A stretch of 64,000 nt of DNA from an uncultured Nitrospiraceae bacterium (lineage in GTDB: Bacteria; Nitrospirota; Thermodesulfovibrionia; Thermodesulfovibrionales; Dissulfurispiraceae). Below the pieces are notes generated by a model. It was not told the DNA's origin. It ran no database searches and was given only the letters and a program-made list of their open reading frames with translations. The stretch lies in NCBI GenBank assembly GCA_963705105.1, contig CAVPIW010000012.1, positions 288,001 to 352,000 on the forward strand. Direction: 5' to 3'. A program made the translations under genes and the position numbers. Below, piece after piece: positions 37,176-48,850 of the stretch (within the stretch, counting starts at the first letter, position 1; each line of letters opens with the position of its first letter).

Positions 37176-40100
37176 TCATTTTTTGTTTGCTCCCGCTTGA
37201 ATTTATTTCATTTTCCAGGTATGTGCAGACCCGGGCACGTTCATCTTCGATCGCTTCGACGAGTGCTGCCGCCGGATCCAGATTTCCCGCTCTTCCGGCA
37301 GACTCGAGTCTTGCGCAGAGGTCTGCCAGTATGATCGCGCCGAGGCTGGCACTGGCCGATTTCAGGCTGTGGGCGGTCCGGTGGAGCATTTCGGCATCTC
37401 CCTTTGAGAGACCCTCCTTCAATTTCCTCAGGAGGTCGTCGGAACTGCTGAGATACAACGAAATAATCCTGACAAGGACATCGGACGACCTCTTCGATGC
37501 CAGCGCAGCGATGCTGTCGAGCTTTTTCCGGTCCACAGGGGGCGGGGCGCCGGGTACTGCTTTCTTCCCGTTTTCGTTCCCGGTCACATCTGCAGAACAG
37601 AGACCGGATGCAGGACTTCCTCTCTCCTCGCCGGAAGCTTTCGTTGATCTTGCAGGAAGCCATTTTCTCAGCATGCCGCAGAGGTCCTGCTGGGTAAAGG
37701 GCTTGGTCAGGTAGTCATCCATGCCCGTCATGATGCATTTCTCCCTGTCTCCCTTCATCGCGTGGGCCGTGAGCGCGATGATGGGAAGGCGCCGGGCCGT
37801 GACGTTTTGACCGGGTCCGGCGATAGCGCGGGCGTGCTCCTTCTCCCGTATCTTCCTCGTCGCTTCGTAGCCGTCCATGCCCGGCATCTGGCAGTCCATG
37901 AGCACAAGATCGTAGGGGGAACTGAAAACGGCCTCCAGTGCATCCCCTCCGCCGGCCACGACATCGACGTGGCAGCCAAGATTGCCGAGCATGGCCCTGA
38001 CGACCTCCTGATTCACCTCATTATCCTCTGCAAGGAGGATATTTCCGTGCAGATGCGCGGTATGCCCGTTCCCCTCCCGCGTCCCGGTGATGGAGGTGCA
38101 CAGGATGGCACCGCTCTTCATTGACGACAGGAGATGCCCGGCAAGTGCCGAAAGACGCACCGGTTTGGCAATAGCAAGGAAGTGCCCTGTCTCTATGGCC
38201 TCCTGGATAGCGGCATCGGGGGCGAGTGGGGAGAGAAGGACGAGATTGACGCCGGCTATCCCGTTGTCCTTCCTGATTGTCTCGGCAATTCTCACCTTCT
38301 CGGCGAGCAACCGCCGGCTGTCGAAAATCACCGCATGATAGGGCTGGCCGTTCCGTTCGGCAGCCTTGAGCAGCGACACGGCCTGTGTTGCGTCATCGAC
38401 GGTGTCAGGCTGCACCCCCCATCCGTTGAGATAGTATCTGATGACGGAGCAGTTCACGCTCCCGTCGTCGACGATGATGAGACGAAGATCAGCTGTTGGT
38501 AACGGCGCTGACTTGTCGACGCGGTCCGAAGCCGTCCTGCCGAGGGACGACGTGAACCAGAAGGTCGATCCGGTTCCCCGCCCGCTCTCGACTCCTATCT
38601 GGCCGCCCATCATCTCGGCGAGCTGCTTTGCTATGGCGAGCCCGAGGCCGGTTCCCCCATAGCGGCGGCTGACGGAGCCGTCGACCTGGGAAAAGACTTC
38701 GAACACCCTTTCCCGAGCCTCGGGCCTGATGCCGATGCCTGTGTCGGAAACCTCGAAACGGAGGACAATGGAATCCTTGTCCTCCTTGATATTCAGGACC
38801 CGGATGTTCACCTCTCCCTGGTCGGTGAATTTCACGGCATTTCCCACAAGATTGAAGAGGATTTGGCGAATCCTCACGGGATCTCCGCTCATTGTCCGGG
38901 GCACTTCATGAGAAATGCGGCATGCCAGCTCGATTCCCTTGCTGTGGGCCTTCACGGCAAGGGTCTCCGCCACTTCTTCGACCATAGTGATGACGTCGAA
39001 ATCGACCGTCTCCAGTTCGAGCTTGCCTGCTTCGATCTTCGAGAAATCGAGAATGTCATTGATGAGATGAAGAAGGTTTTCTCCGCTCAGTCGCACGTTT
39101 TCGGCATACCTGAATTGGATGTCTGACAGTTGCGTGTTGATGAGCAGTTCCGTCATTCCCATGACGCCGTTGAGGGGGGTCCGGATTTCATGGCTCATGT
39201 TGGCGAGGAACTGGGACTTGGCCTGGTTGGCGGCCTCCGCGGCGTCCTTTGCCCGTTTCAGCTCCTCTTCCATGAATTTCCGCTCCGTGATGTCGACGAA
39301 ACTCTCCAGGAGGGCGGGGCGCCCGTGGAGAGTCAGAGGGACGACGCTCTTGATGACGGGGATTTTCTTGCCCGTCATGTCGAAGAGGATCTTCTCCGAA
39401 TTGTCGATCTCCTGGTCGAGGTCCGTAATCGGGCACCGTCCCCACTCGGCAGGACAGATGTATTCATGGCAGCCGGCGCCGATGATCTCCTCGGGCTTTG
39501 CGCCGATGAGTCCGCAGGCCACGTGGTTGGCGTAGAGTATCGTATGGGATTCGGCATCGATGACGACGATGCCTGTCTGGACTGACTGGAGGATCGTCTT
39601 CAGATAGACTTCGCTCTCTTTGAGCTCCTCGGCGGCCCTCTTGTGTTCCGTGACGCGCATGAAGACATGGAGGGCGCCCTCGACGATCTCCCTGTCCTTC
39701 TCCTCGAAGGGGTGGTGGAAGTGCCTGTCTTCCGTCCTGTTGCCGAAAAGAAGCCCGATCCGCATCTCCGGGTTGAAAGACCAGAGAAAGAAGGGCACAC
39801 CGCTGATCTGTTTCAACGTCTCGGTCAGCGGGTCCGGGGAGCTGCGGGAATTGGCGAAATGGAACTCTTTCAGCGACTGGGGATCGATGTGGAAGGACTT
39901 TTTGTCGCTGATGCCTCCCAGCAATTCACGAACGGTGAGTCTCTGCGACTGATATGAATAATCGAGGACCATGGCCGTATCGACATGAACGGTGTCGAGC
40001 GCTATTTTGAGGAATTTCCTGGTGATCTCGCCGAGAGGGATCTCCATGCTGCCGAGGGGATAGGCCTCACGGATAAGCCTCGCCACAACGGCGCTCCGCC

Positions 40101-40209
40101 GGGCCTCCCTTCGGGCTTTCGTCTGCTCCTCGAGGAGGTGCACCAGCCGTGCGCCCAGATCATTGCACTGCTGGCGATAGAAATCCCTCTCGCGTTCAAT
40201 ATCAGCCAT
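37176..40209 (-). CDS. Hybrid sensor histidine kinase (GAF-like, PAS, HisKA, HATPase, two REC, Hpt); stop probably masked by an extra A
   Basis: FLANMSHEIRTP, GNAVKF, GGTGLGL, LMDCQMP, AHSLKSAS; CAAAAAATGA at 37185-37176. Confidence 0.9.
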
Positions 40210-40217
40210 TGTTCGTC

Positions 40218-41417
40218 TTACCCGGAAGTCGTCAGTATGCTTAACACACCCGTCCAGTCAAGGGGTCTGCTCATGCCGAGGAGCGGTGCGATTTCAACGC
40301 CGGAATAAAATCCGATCATCGGGATTTTGTCGCCCATGGCGGCCTGCACAAGGCTCGCCTCCTCGGTGTCGGCGCCGCTGAAGGCGCAGCTCCGCCCCGC
40401 GCAGTCAATGTAGAGGGCCATTAAGGGCTTGCGCGTCCCGAGGGAGGAAAGGAGGCCGGCGGTCCTTCTGCGCACGGACTCGAGCATGGTCATGTTGTCC
40501 CTGGACATGACCTGCACCTTGGCCCCAACCTCGAAATCGGCCTCGAAGAGGACGACGGAGCCGTCATTGGGGTTGCCGCTGATGATAAGGCGGTTGATAT
40601 AGGCGGACTCGTCATAGGGAGCAAAGGGATCGCCGTACTTCTGCCCCAGCGTGACGGTGAGTGACGGCTGATCGGCGCTGAGGCTGCTTCCTATTATGTT
40701 CCGGATGACATCGAGGGCTGGTTTTCCGTCCAGTTCATAGACGATCGGCCCTTCGATGCGGGTGATCTCGAGGAAGGAGCTGACGGGGATGCAGCCGTGC
40801 ATGATCGTCGTGTGACATTCCAGGGAAGAGGGCAGTATGGCTGCAACGGCGCTGTGTTTGGCCCGGCCTTTCCCCGTGAAGATATAACTGTCCATCATCT
40901 GGAAGTTGGCAACCGTCCCTGCCCCGACGAGTTCGACGTTTCTCCCGTCAAGCCCCCTGTAGATGCCGTCGATGAGCCTGCTGCCCACATGGAGGACGGG
41001 GGGAGGACTGGACTGGATGGAATCGTAGAAGATGATGGCCGTGGCCTTGCCGTCTCCGTTGACGCTCTCCCTCAGTCTGTTGCCGAGTTCCCGGCCGGCC
41101 TCGAGGGTTCCCCTGTCCAGGCCTTCCACGGTGATGAATTGGGGTTTTTCCATGGACGACGGCAACACCGCAACGGCGCATTCGAATCCCGTATAGCCGA
41201 GAATCTGGTTTGTCACCGTTCCGATGGCTGCGCCGCCCACGATTTCCACATCGCCAAGCTCGGAACGCAGCCCTTCGAGGACCTTATCGGGATCGTGGTG
41301 ACCTCCGCAGAACGCTATGGCCCACCCGGGAGCGGCGCCGCCCGATTTTTCGAGGGCCATCTGCGCCGCTGACCGGCCCGCCTCGACCGACTCGACATGT
41401 TGACTAACACCCACCAT
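40218..41417 (-). CDS. FIST-domain (NosP-like) sensor protein
   Basis: IMHGC.P, VYELDGKPA, YIDCAGR, GFYSGVEI. Confidence 0.88.
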   Translation of the reverse strand: MVGVSQHVESVEAGRSAAQMALEKSGGAAPGWAIAFCGGHHDPDKVLEGLRSELGDVEIVGGAAIGTVTNQILGYTGFECAVAVLPSSMEKPQFITVEGLDRGTLEAGRELGNRLRESVNGDGKATAIIFYDSIQSSPPPVLHVGSRLIDGIYRGLDGRNVELVGAGTVANFQMMDSYIFTGKGRAKHSAVAAILPSSLECHTTIMHGCIPVSSFLEITRIEGPIVYELDGKPALDVIRNIIGSSLSADQPSLTVTLGQKYGDPFAPYDESAYINRLIISGNPNDGSVVLFEADFEVGAKVQVMSRDNMTMLESVRRRTAGLLSSLGTRKPLMALYIDCAGRSCAFSGADTEEASLVQAAMGDKIPMIGFYSGVEIAPLLGMSRPLDWTGVLSILTTSG

Positions 41418-41448
41418 AGTATGTCTCCTCCTTGTATTTCCGATCAGA

Positions 41449-43248
41449 TCATTGTTTGTTGGTTATCGATGCACAAGCCTCGGGGGCCTCAGAAAAGGGC
41501 GGCATTGGGTGCTGACCCTGGTTTCTTGAAATCTCCATGCTGCTCCTGTTGACCCTGTCAATGATGCCCCTCGTGTAGGTCACACTGCCTGAGAAAATAT
41601 CGATGAGTGAATTTCTCTTGAACTCCATGAGGTCCTTCTTCGAAACGACACCGATCGCATCGGCCATCATCAGGTACTCGTCGGCGATTTCAGTGGGAAT
41701 CCCCAGAGAGGCGATTTTCCGCCTGAGCCTTCCCGTCTCGGCGACGATCTTCTCCATCGGCTGCCCCTCAAGGGCGATGTCGAGTTTGGGCCAGAGTTCG
41801 GGAGGCTTGTACATGGCGTATTCATAGCGCATCAGGTTGCTGACGAAGTCATGACCGATGTTGAAATGGAAGTGCTGCGAGTCCTCAAACCACGCTGTTT
41901 CCGGAAAGGCGCCGGGCGGATTGACCACGACGGTGTCAGGCTGCGTCTGCACGACCATTGCAACGTTGGCCTCGAACACGTCCTCGAGGCTGACACCGTC
42001 AGGGAGAGGACAGGGATAGATCATCGCCAGTCCCACCTTGCACCGTTCGCCCACCGCCGCCGCCGCCCTCCTGATGGCGCCGATGGTATCGGCAATATCC
42101 TGTCTCGTGACTCCCTTGTTCATGACACTCCTGTTCACGAGGTCGTGCCCCGTCTCTCCCCCGATGAACACCGCCCGGAGTCCGGCCCGGATCATCGTCT
42201 GATAGGCCTCGAAGCGCGCCGCAGTGACCGCCGAGGCCCTGGTGAACATGGAGTACCGCACCGTCAGCCCCTGGTCGAGGATCGCCTGGGCGATCTTCCT
42301 CCCGTGGGCAAGGGGTGAATCGGAGCTGCTGAAACGGAAGAACGAGATGCCTTTTTCGACCATCTCCCTTATTTCCGCGATCACCTGCTCCACCGGCCGG
42401 GGCCTGTAATGGGAATAGAGACGGGAGCTCGTACAGAAATGACATTTATTCCACGTGCACCCGAAGCCGTCGACGATGGTGTGAAAGAGGATCTTGCCTT
42501 TCAGGTCTTCGTCCCTGTAACGCGGCGTCGTGACATTACCCTTCGGGGGGTCAAGCCGTGAACCCCTGACAAGGGGGCCGTCTTTCGAGAGCAGGGGAGA
42601 TCCGCTGTTGTCCGATACCACCCTGCCGAGAAATTCCGCTTTTCCCTTCGTCTGCCGTCTCAGCAACAGGAGCCGTTCGATCACCTCTTCTCCGGGGCCC
42701 ATCACCGCGATGTCGAAGGCGCCCTCTGCTGTGACCCTGTCACGGTACACGGTGACCTGCGGACCGCCCGCGATTACAACCGTTTCAGGACTTGCCTCCC
42801 TGATCCGTGACGCAAGGAGACTGCTCCATCGAAAAGAATCGCCGTACCACACCTTGATGCCCACGAAGGGGACAGCGTCCCTCCTGATCCGGCGAACGAT
42901 TTCATCGACCAGATTGTCCATGTATTTCTTTCTTTTCCCCATGGCATAGGACTGGAAAGGCCATGCGGCAAGCATACAGGAAAGGGCGGTCCCTTTGCTG
43001 TCCGCCGAATAGGCCGCCATCTGGCGGCTGACAAGGCTCCTGAGGATGGTGAAACACCATTGCGGCACGCCGTCTTCCAGCGAGTCGATGCGGAGGGGAT
43101 CGATGACATCGATGCCGAAGCCCCTGTCTTCGAGATAGGTCCGGAGGATGGCAAGGCTGTTTTCCAGGGCCGTATCCGACAGGGACCTCGCCCGTGGTGC
43201 GAGGCTGTTGACGAGGAGCAGGTCAGCGGGCTTGTTCTTTCTGTTCAT
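41449..43248 (-). CDS. Cobalamin-binding-domain radical SAM protein
   Basis: IAGGPQ, GPGEE, GCTWNKCHFC, RPVEQVIAEI, IGGETG..MNKG. Confidence 0.85.
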   Translation of the reverse strand: MNRKNKPADLLLVNSLAPRARSLSDTALENSLAILRTYLEDRGFGIDVIDPLRIDSLEDGVPQWCFTILRSLVSRQMAAYSADSKGTALSCMLAAWPFQSYAMGKRKKYMDNLVDEIVRRIRRDAVPFVGIKVWYGDSFRWSSLLASRIREASPETVVIAGGPQVTVYRDRVTAEGAFDIAVMGPGEEVIERLLLLRRQTKGKAEFLGRVVSDNSGSPLLSKDGPLVRGSRLDPPKGNVTTPRYRDEDLKGKILFHTIVDGFGCTWNKCHFCTSSRLYSHYRPRPVEQVIAEIREMVEKGISFFRFSSSDSPLAHGRKIAQAILDQGLTVRYSMFTRASAVTAARFEAYQTMIRAGLRAVFIGGETGHDLVNRSVMNKGVTRQDIADTIGAIRRAAAAVGERCKVGLAMIYPCPLPDGVSLEDVFEANVAMVVQTQPDTVVVNPPGAFPETAWFEDSQHFHFNIGHDFVSNLMRYEYAMYKPPELWPKLDIALEGQPMEKIVAETGRLRRKIASLGIPTEIADEYLMMADAIGVVSKKDLMEFKRNSLIDIFSGSVTYTRGIIDRVNRSSMEISRNQGQHPMPPFSEAPEACASITNKQ

Positions 43249-43273
43249 GAATAAAGGATCTCCTGTGCTTCCG

Positions 43274-44920
43274 CTATCCGCCCTGACGGGAGTTCATGGA
43301 GAGTACCGTCCTGTACTCGACAATGCCCGGCCGGCTCATCATGACCCTGCCCGCCGAATGCCTGTGCTCGAGTCCCCTGAATTCGAGGGTCTTGACATCG
43401 GCGCGGCACTTGAAGACCACGTAAAAACGGTCCTTTTTGAATTTCCTGAAGAAAAGCCCTACATTCGGAAGGAGCGCCTTCAGTATGTCTCTCTTCGCAA
43501 CCGCCTCCGCTGAAAAATAGACCCTGCACATGTCGAGCAGATTGAAACAGTTCAGTCCGTCCGAGTAAGCCTCTGCGACCGCATAGGCGACGACTTTGGA
43601 CTTCTTCGTTATGGCCCAGAGCCTCCGTGAGACGTACAGATCGAGCACCTCGTAAACCTGGGAAATCTCCCTGAGGTTGAAGTGTTTTTCATCGTAGGCA
43701 TAGCAGCCGACCTCGATAGGGTCGAGGTTCCAGTGACAGAAGCGCCGGAACTGCTCGGAGCCTTCAAGGACGTCCACGGCAAATTCTGATCCCTCGTTCA
43801 CGGTCTCGGTCTGGACAGTATGGCATTCGAAAAACTCCAGTTCGTCGAAAACGAACTTGTTCTTGTCGTCGATGTAGCTGCCGATCCTCCTGAATATCTC
43901 CTGGTGCCAGGGCAGTGAAATGTCGAAATAGGACAGATAATTTTCGCAGTAGAGGTGATCGATGAGGAAGTCGGCCAGCACGAGATAGACATCGGTTTTC
44001 GATTTCAGGTTCATTCTCGCCTCAGGCAATGAGGCGAGCTGATGGCCGAGGAATGTGCGGTCATATATCCTGAGAACGGAGCAGACGGTGAGCATCTTGT
44101 CGTCGCTGAAGTACACGGGGCTGGCCGAGATCTGCTTCTTGTCCCGTATTTTCTCGTAGGCGTCAAGCATGTTGGTAAAGGAATGCTCCATTTCCTCCCG
44201 TGATTTGAGACTCAGGTAGCCGGATTTATCATAGAGGGCGTGGACTTCTTCATCGGTGAATTCCTCGATCCAGCGGATATTCGAATAGGTCTTCCGTGCG
44301 ATGTATTTGAAAAGCTCGTAGCGGGGAAACCACTGCTGCTCGGAAATGCGCAACCCGTAGAGATAGCGGCCGTCCTTTTCCTTGCGGTAATAGCGCACGC
44401 GCCCGTCGATGCGGATCTCGGCGCCCGAATCAAGATGGAGGGTGATGTTGCGGACGATCTCCCGGCCGCTCCAGAGCTTCTCGTCACAAAGAAAAGAGAA
44501 TCCCTCGGTGCTGATATCGACGAGAGGACATTCGCAGGGATGGTCATAAAACGTCACCATCCCGCCTTTGCCTTCGCCGAACCGGTATCGCGGGAGCATT
44601 CTCCTGAAGGAGGAGTAAATGACCTGGGGCTTGTCGACGCTGTAGGTGTCATCACCGACATGCCGGAGGCGCGTTTCGAAGAGGAAAAACATCGCTTTGT
44701 TCAGGAAGGCGATCTTCACGGGATCGCCGTTGACTGACGCTGATGTCTCCGGGTTCAGCCTCACCCTGGGCTCACGGCCCTGGGAGCCGCCGAAGTAAAG
44801 CTCCGTCGGCATCTTCTTCCCGTTCAGGTGCACCGTCACGGGCACCTTTTTCTGACGGGCGAGATTGCGAAAGAGAGCCGACATGAACCGTTCGTCATGA
44901 ATTTCATGAAGTCTGCCCAT
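43274..44920 (-). CDS. PilZ-domain protein with a large C-terminal region (possibly GNAT-like)
   Basis: RMLPR (RxxxR) and DISTEG (DxSxxG) PilZ motifs; C-terminal fold is inference. Confidence 0.6.
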   Translation of the reverse strand: MGRLHEIHDERFMSALFRNLARQKKVPVTVHLNGKKMPTELYFGGSQGREPRVRLNPETSASVNGDPVKIAFLNKAMFFLFETRLRHVGDDTYSVDKPQVIYSSFRRMLPRYRFGEGKGGMVTFYDHPCECPLVDISTEGFSFLCDEKLWSGREIVRNITLHLDSGAEIRIDGRVRYYRKEKDGRYLYGLRISEQQWFPRYELFKYIARKTYSNIRWIEEFTDEEVHALYDKSGYLSLKSREEMEHSFTNMLDAYEKIRDKKQISASPVYFSDDKMLTVCSVLRIYDRTFLGHQLASLPEARMNLKSKTDVYLVLADFLIDHLYCENYLSYFDISLPWHQEIFRRIGSYIDDKNKFVFDELEFFECHTVQTETVNEGSEFAVDVLEGSEQFRRFCHWNLDPIEVGCYAYDEKHFNLREISQVYEVLDLYVSRRLWAITKKSKVVAYAVAEAYSDGLNCFNLLDMCRVYFSAEAVAKRDILKALLPNVGLFFRKFKKDRFYVVFKCRADVKTLEFRGLEHRHSAGRVMMSRPGIVEYRTVLSMNSRQGG

Positions 44921-45177
44921 TCTGATTATCCCTCACTCTTGTCGTGTGGCATTCTACGTATCCCCCGGATCAGGGGTGCGCGGGTCCCGATCGACGCATA
45001 CCCGTCTCATGAGTTTTCCCTCAGCAATATATTGTTATCGTCCGCAAAAAAAGAATACTTGAACGTGCTGTTTTATGTGTCTGAGGAGAGAAGAGTCGCG
45101 ACTTTAATGCCGGGAAGGCCTGATTGTTCGTGACCTTTTTCGAATCTCGACTGACGACGAATGACTCAACGACTTTA

Positions 45178-45390
45178 CCCTGTAGTTGCATACAAAGGCG
45201 GGGTGAAGCGCCTCAAAGCCTTGCTGAAGGCGACGATAAGCCTCGCCAGGTTCGTGTTTTAAGATTCCACTGTCTGTTTGATCAACCATAGGCTTGAAAC
45301 CTTATCTTCTGTGACGTTTATGGTGTCGCCGCATCAAGGTTTTCGGCGCATACACCCCGCCTTTCCTGGGAGTGTGTTGTAACGATAAGG
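45178..45390 (+). repeat. Hairpin element copy J
   Basis: GGCGGGGTG / CACCCCGCC arms; ends AACGATAAGG. Confidence 0.85.
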
Positions 45391-45482
45391 TTTACAGTGG
45401 CATATTCCCGCTTTTGCCGGACGAAGCGAGGGGGTTACGGCCGTGCGCCCGGCAGGGACCGGGCGCACGGCGATCATGATGC

Positions 45483-47648
45483 TTATGCTTTCAGATCGTC
45501 AGGACGGATGGGGAGACGGCGTATGCGTTTGCCTGTGGCGGCGAACACCGCGTTCGCCACCGCCGGCGCCACGGGGGGGACACCGGGTTCTCCGATCCCC
45601 GTCGGCCTCTCTGCACTTGGCACGATGAAGACCTCGACCTGCGGCATCTCGTTCATCCTGAGCACCGGGTAGTCGTTGAAATTGCTCTCCACAATGCGGC
45701 CGTTGTCGACGGTGATCGCGCCGTGCAGCGTCGCCGACAGGCCGAAGACGACGGCCGATTCAAGCTGTGCTGCGACCGTATCGGGATTCACCACCATGCC
45801 GCAATCGACGGCGCAGACGACGCGGTGGACCCGGACATGTCTCTCTTTAGTCACAGACACCTCGGCCACCTCGGCGATGTAGCTGTCAAAGGACTTGTGA
45901 ACCGCCATGCCCCGGAACCGCCCCTTGGGCAGGGGCTTTCCCCACCCGGACTTCTGCGCGGCCAGCTTCAGCACGCCGAGATGGCGCGGGTGACCTGCGA
46001 GCAGGGTCCGGCGGAACGCATAGGGGTCTTTTCCCGCCGCATGGGCCAGTTCGTCGATGAAGGACTCGACGACGAAGGCCGTGTGGGAATGGCCGACGGA
46101 GCGCCACCAGAGCACGGGGATGCCGATCTTCGGGGTGTGGAGGTCGACGAGGGCGTTCTGGACACGGTATGGTATATCGGAAGCGCCTTCGACGGAGGTG
46201 CCGTCGATGCCGTCCTTGATGAAGGCATTCCCGAAGAGTGTCCCCTCCATGATCGACTGCCCGACAATGGTGTGGCGCCAGGCGACGATGTTGCCCCGGC
46301 CGTCCATTCCTGCCGCAATCCGGTCGAACCAGAAGGGGCGGTAGAAGCCTCCCTTCATGTCGTCCTCCCGAGACCAGACGACTTTGACTGGTTTCCCGAC
46401 GGCCTTCGAGACCTGCACGGCCGGGATGACGAAGTCCGAGTGCGGGTTTGCCCTGCGGCCGAAGCCTCCTCCCAGAAAAGTGGTGTGCACCTTCACCTGC
46501 TCCGGCTTGAGGCCCGCTGCGCGGGCTGCCGCATCCCTGTCGACGGTCTGCATCTGTGTGCCCGTCCAGATGTCGCACCCGTCGGGCCGCACATCGGCGA
46601 CGCAGTTCAGCGGCTCCATGGTCGCGTGGGCGAGATAGGGCACCTCGTAAAACGCCTCCAGTCTTGTAAGGGCCTTTCCCATTTCCCCCTCCGCGTCACC
46701 GCGCTTCAGGGCGACGATGCCCGGCTTCTTCGACAGGCCGGCATACTGCTCCCGCTGCTGTTTGGTGCTGAAGCCAGCAAGGGGTCCCTCGTCCCAGGCG
46801 ATCTCGAGGGCATCCCTTCCTTTCGAGGCCTGCCAGAACCCTTCGGCGACGACGGCGATGCCGGCGTCGATGGAGACGACGTCCTTCACTCCTGCAACGG
46901 ACTTTGCCTTGTCGGCATTGAAGCTCTTCACCGTTGCACCGAAGAGAGGTTTCCTCGCCACGACGGCGGTGAGCATGCCGGGCACTTTGACGTCGAGACC
47001 GAAAACGGCAGAGCCGTCGACCTTTGCAGGTGTGTCGAGGCGTTTCACGGGTTTTCCGATGAGCTTGAACTGTGATGGTTTCTTCAGCTTCACCTCTTTC
47101 GGCACGGGCAGGGCTGCCGCTTTTCCGGCCAGTTGACCGAAGTCGAGTTTCTTCCCGCTCTTATGGATCACCTTCCCTTTTTCCGCCCTGCAGGCTGACC
47201 TGTCGGCCTTCCATGTTTCAGCAGCCGCCGTGATCAGCATCTCCCTCGCCGTCGCTCCTGCCGTCCTGAAACGGTCCCACTCGCTCGTCACGCTCGTGCT
47301 GCCGCCTGTCCCCTGGATCGGTCCCCACTGGGTGTGGTTGTACGCGGGATCGACCGGTGCAGCCTCGACGCGGATCTTCGACCAGTCTGCATCGAGTTCT
47401 TCGGCGATGAGCATGGGAAGGGATGTATAGACTCCCTGGCCCATTTCGGACTTGTTGACGATGACGGTCACGGAACCGTCGGTGCCGACGCGTATGAAGG
47501 CGTTGGGCCTGAACAATGATGAGGGCGGGTCTGTCTGGCCGCCTGATGCAAAGTCGGCGGAAAGAGAAAAGCCCAGAACGAGGCCGCCGCCCAGAAGGGC
47601 GCCGGTTTTCAGAAAATCCCTGCGGCTCATATTCACAATGTCACTCAT
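45483..47648 (-). CDS. iorB: Isoquinoline 1-oxidoreductase-type molybdopterin large subunit, Tat signal
   Basis: [36 protein letters not shown]. Confidence 0.9.
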   Translation of the reverse strand: MSDIVNMSRRDFLKTGALLGGGLVLGFSLSADFASGGQTDPPSSLFRPNAFIRVGTDGSVTVIVNKSEMGQGVYTSLPMLIAEELDADWSKIRVEAAPVDPAYNHTQWGPIQGTGGSTSVTSEWDRFRTAGATAREMLITAAAETWKADRSACRAEKGKVIHKSGKKLDFGQLAGKAAALPVPKEVKLKKPSQFKLIGKPVKRLDTPAKVDGSAVFGLDVKVPGMLTAVVARKPLFGATVKSFNADKAKSVAGVKDVVSIDAGIAVVAEGFWQASKGRDALEIAWDEGPLAGFSTKQQREQYAGLSKKPGIVALKRGDAEGEMGKALTRLEAFYEVPYLAHATMEPLNCVADVRPDGCDIWTGTQMQTVDRDAAARAAGLKPEQVKVHTTFLGGGFGRRANPHSDFVIPAVQVSKAVGKPVKVVWSREDDMKGGFYRPFWFDRIAAGMDGRGNIVAWRHTIVGQSIMEGTLFGNAFIKDGIDGTSVEGASDIPYRVQNALVDLHTPKIGIPVLWWRSVGHSHTAFVVESFIDELAHAAGKDPYAFRRTLLAGHPRHLGVLKLAAQKSGWGKPLPKGRFRGMAVHKSFDSYIAEVAEVSVTKERHVRVHRVVCAVDCGMVVNPDTVAAQLESAVVFGLSATLHGAITVDNGRIVESNFNDYPVLRMNEMPQVEVFIVPSAERPTGIGEPGVPPVAPAVANAVFAATGKRIRRLPIRPDDLKA

Positions 47649-48109
47649 GATTTCCCTCCTCTTTCCATCATAGCCGACGCCTTGTGAATCGCTTTGCGGA
47701 TGCGCTGGTAGGTCCCGCAGCGGCAGATCACCCCTGAAAGGAACTCGTCGATGTCGGCGTCGCTCGGCTTCGGCTTCCTGCCGAGAAGGGAGGCCGCCTC
47801 CATCATCTGTCCGGGCTGACAGTAACCGCACTGCGGGACGTCATCCGAAATCCATGCCCTCTTGACGGGATGATTTTCAGGGAGGCCCTCGATAGTGACG
47901 ATTTTCTTGCCCTGTGCTTCCCTGACGGGCGTCTGACAGGACCTCCGGGCCTCTCCGTCGATATGGACGGTGCAGGCGCCGCAGAGGGCGATGCCGCAGC
48001 CGTATTTCGTGCCCGTGAGACCTATCTGTTCCCGTATGACCCAGAGCAGGGGTGTGTCAGGACTTGCGTCAACGTCATACTTTTTCCCATTCACATCAAG
48101 TACGATCAT
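47645..48109 (-). CDS. iorA: (2Fe-2S) small subunit
   Basis: [22 protein letters not shown]. Confidence 0.92.
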   Translation of the reverse strand: MIVLDVNGKKYDVDASPDTPLLWVIREQIGLTGTKYGCGIALCGACTVHIDGEARRSCQTPVREAQGKKIVTIEGLPENHPVKRAWISDDVPQCGYCQPGQMMEAASLLGRKPKPSDADIDEFLSGVICRCGTYQRIRKAIHKASAMMERGGKS

Positions 48110-48482
48110 GCGACCCTCCTTATCAGGTGAGACGGTCAGAACGGCTCAGCATGTGCCGATCACAATCCTGTGCCCCGCATCATGCACTCTGTCCATTGTC
48201 TGTATACAACTATACCGCAAAAAGAAAGACGATACAACCGACATCGTGCGAGTGTCGGTATCAGTTTCAGTGTCAGTGAAATAGGGACTCTTAATGACTC
48301 AATAACTATTGGCTGTCACGGGGGCATCTCTCCCCGCATTTGCAGCGATAAGGACAAGTTTGTTTTATCTATGAACGCCGTCGTGAACTTGCGATTTTTT
48401 CCCCGTATTGTTAGTATAGACATTAACGTTTTTTCCCGCATGTGTAAGTTTCTCTGACAAAAAGTCTATCAGGAGGTGTTAT

Positions 48483-48830
48483 ATGCCTTTTTTCGATCTC
48501 GTCAGTGACGCCTTTGCCATGGCGCCGTCGCAGACAGGCGGTCAGTCAGGCGGTATCCAGGGTATGCTTTCGAGCCTGCTGCCCCTGGTCCTCATCTTCG
48601 TCATCTTCTATTTCCTCCTTATCAGGCCCCAGCAGAAGAAGGCCAAGGAGCACAAGCAGATGCTTGACAATATCAAGAAGGGAGATAAGGTGGTCACGGC
48701 GGGGGGTATATACGGCGTCGTCGACAGCGTCGGCACAAACACCATGACCATCAAGATCGGCGAGAATACGAAGGTCAAATTCGGCAAGGGATACATCGTG
48801 TCAGTCCGTCCCGACTCGGAAGAGGATTAG
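48483..48830 (+). CDS. yajC: Preprotein translocase YajC
   Basis: FYFLLIRPQQK, KGDKVVTAGG. Confidence 0.95.
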   Translation: MPFFDLVSDAFAMAPSQTGGQSGGIQGMLSSLLPLVLIFVIFYFLLIRPQQKKAKEHKQMLDNIKKGDKVVTAGGIYGVVDSVGTNTMTIKIGENTKVKFGKGYIVSVRPDSEED

Positions 48831-48850
48831 AGGGCTGAGGCGGGCCATCG

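Noticed and set aside
36043..40209. 1388-aa kinase-lipase fusion in the ORF track
   Set aside because: The GDSL part has its own RBS, ATG and lipoprotein signal; removing one A from CAAAAAATGA gives a stop just after the Hpt domain
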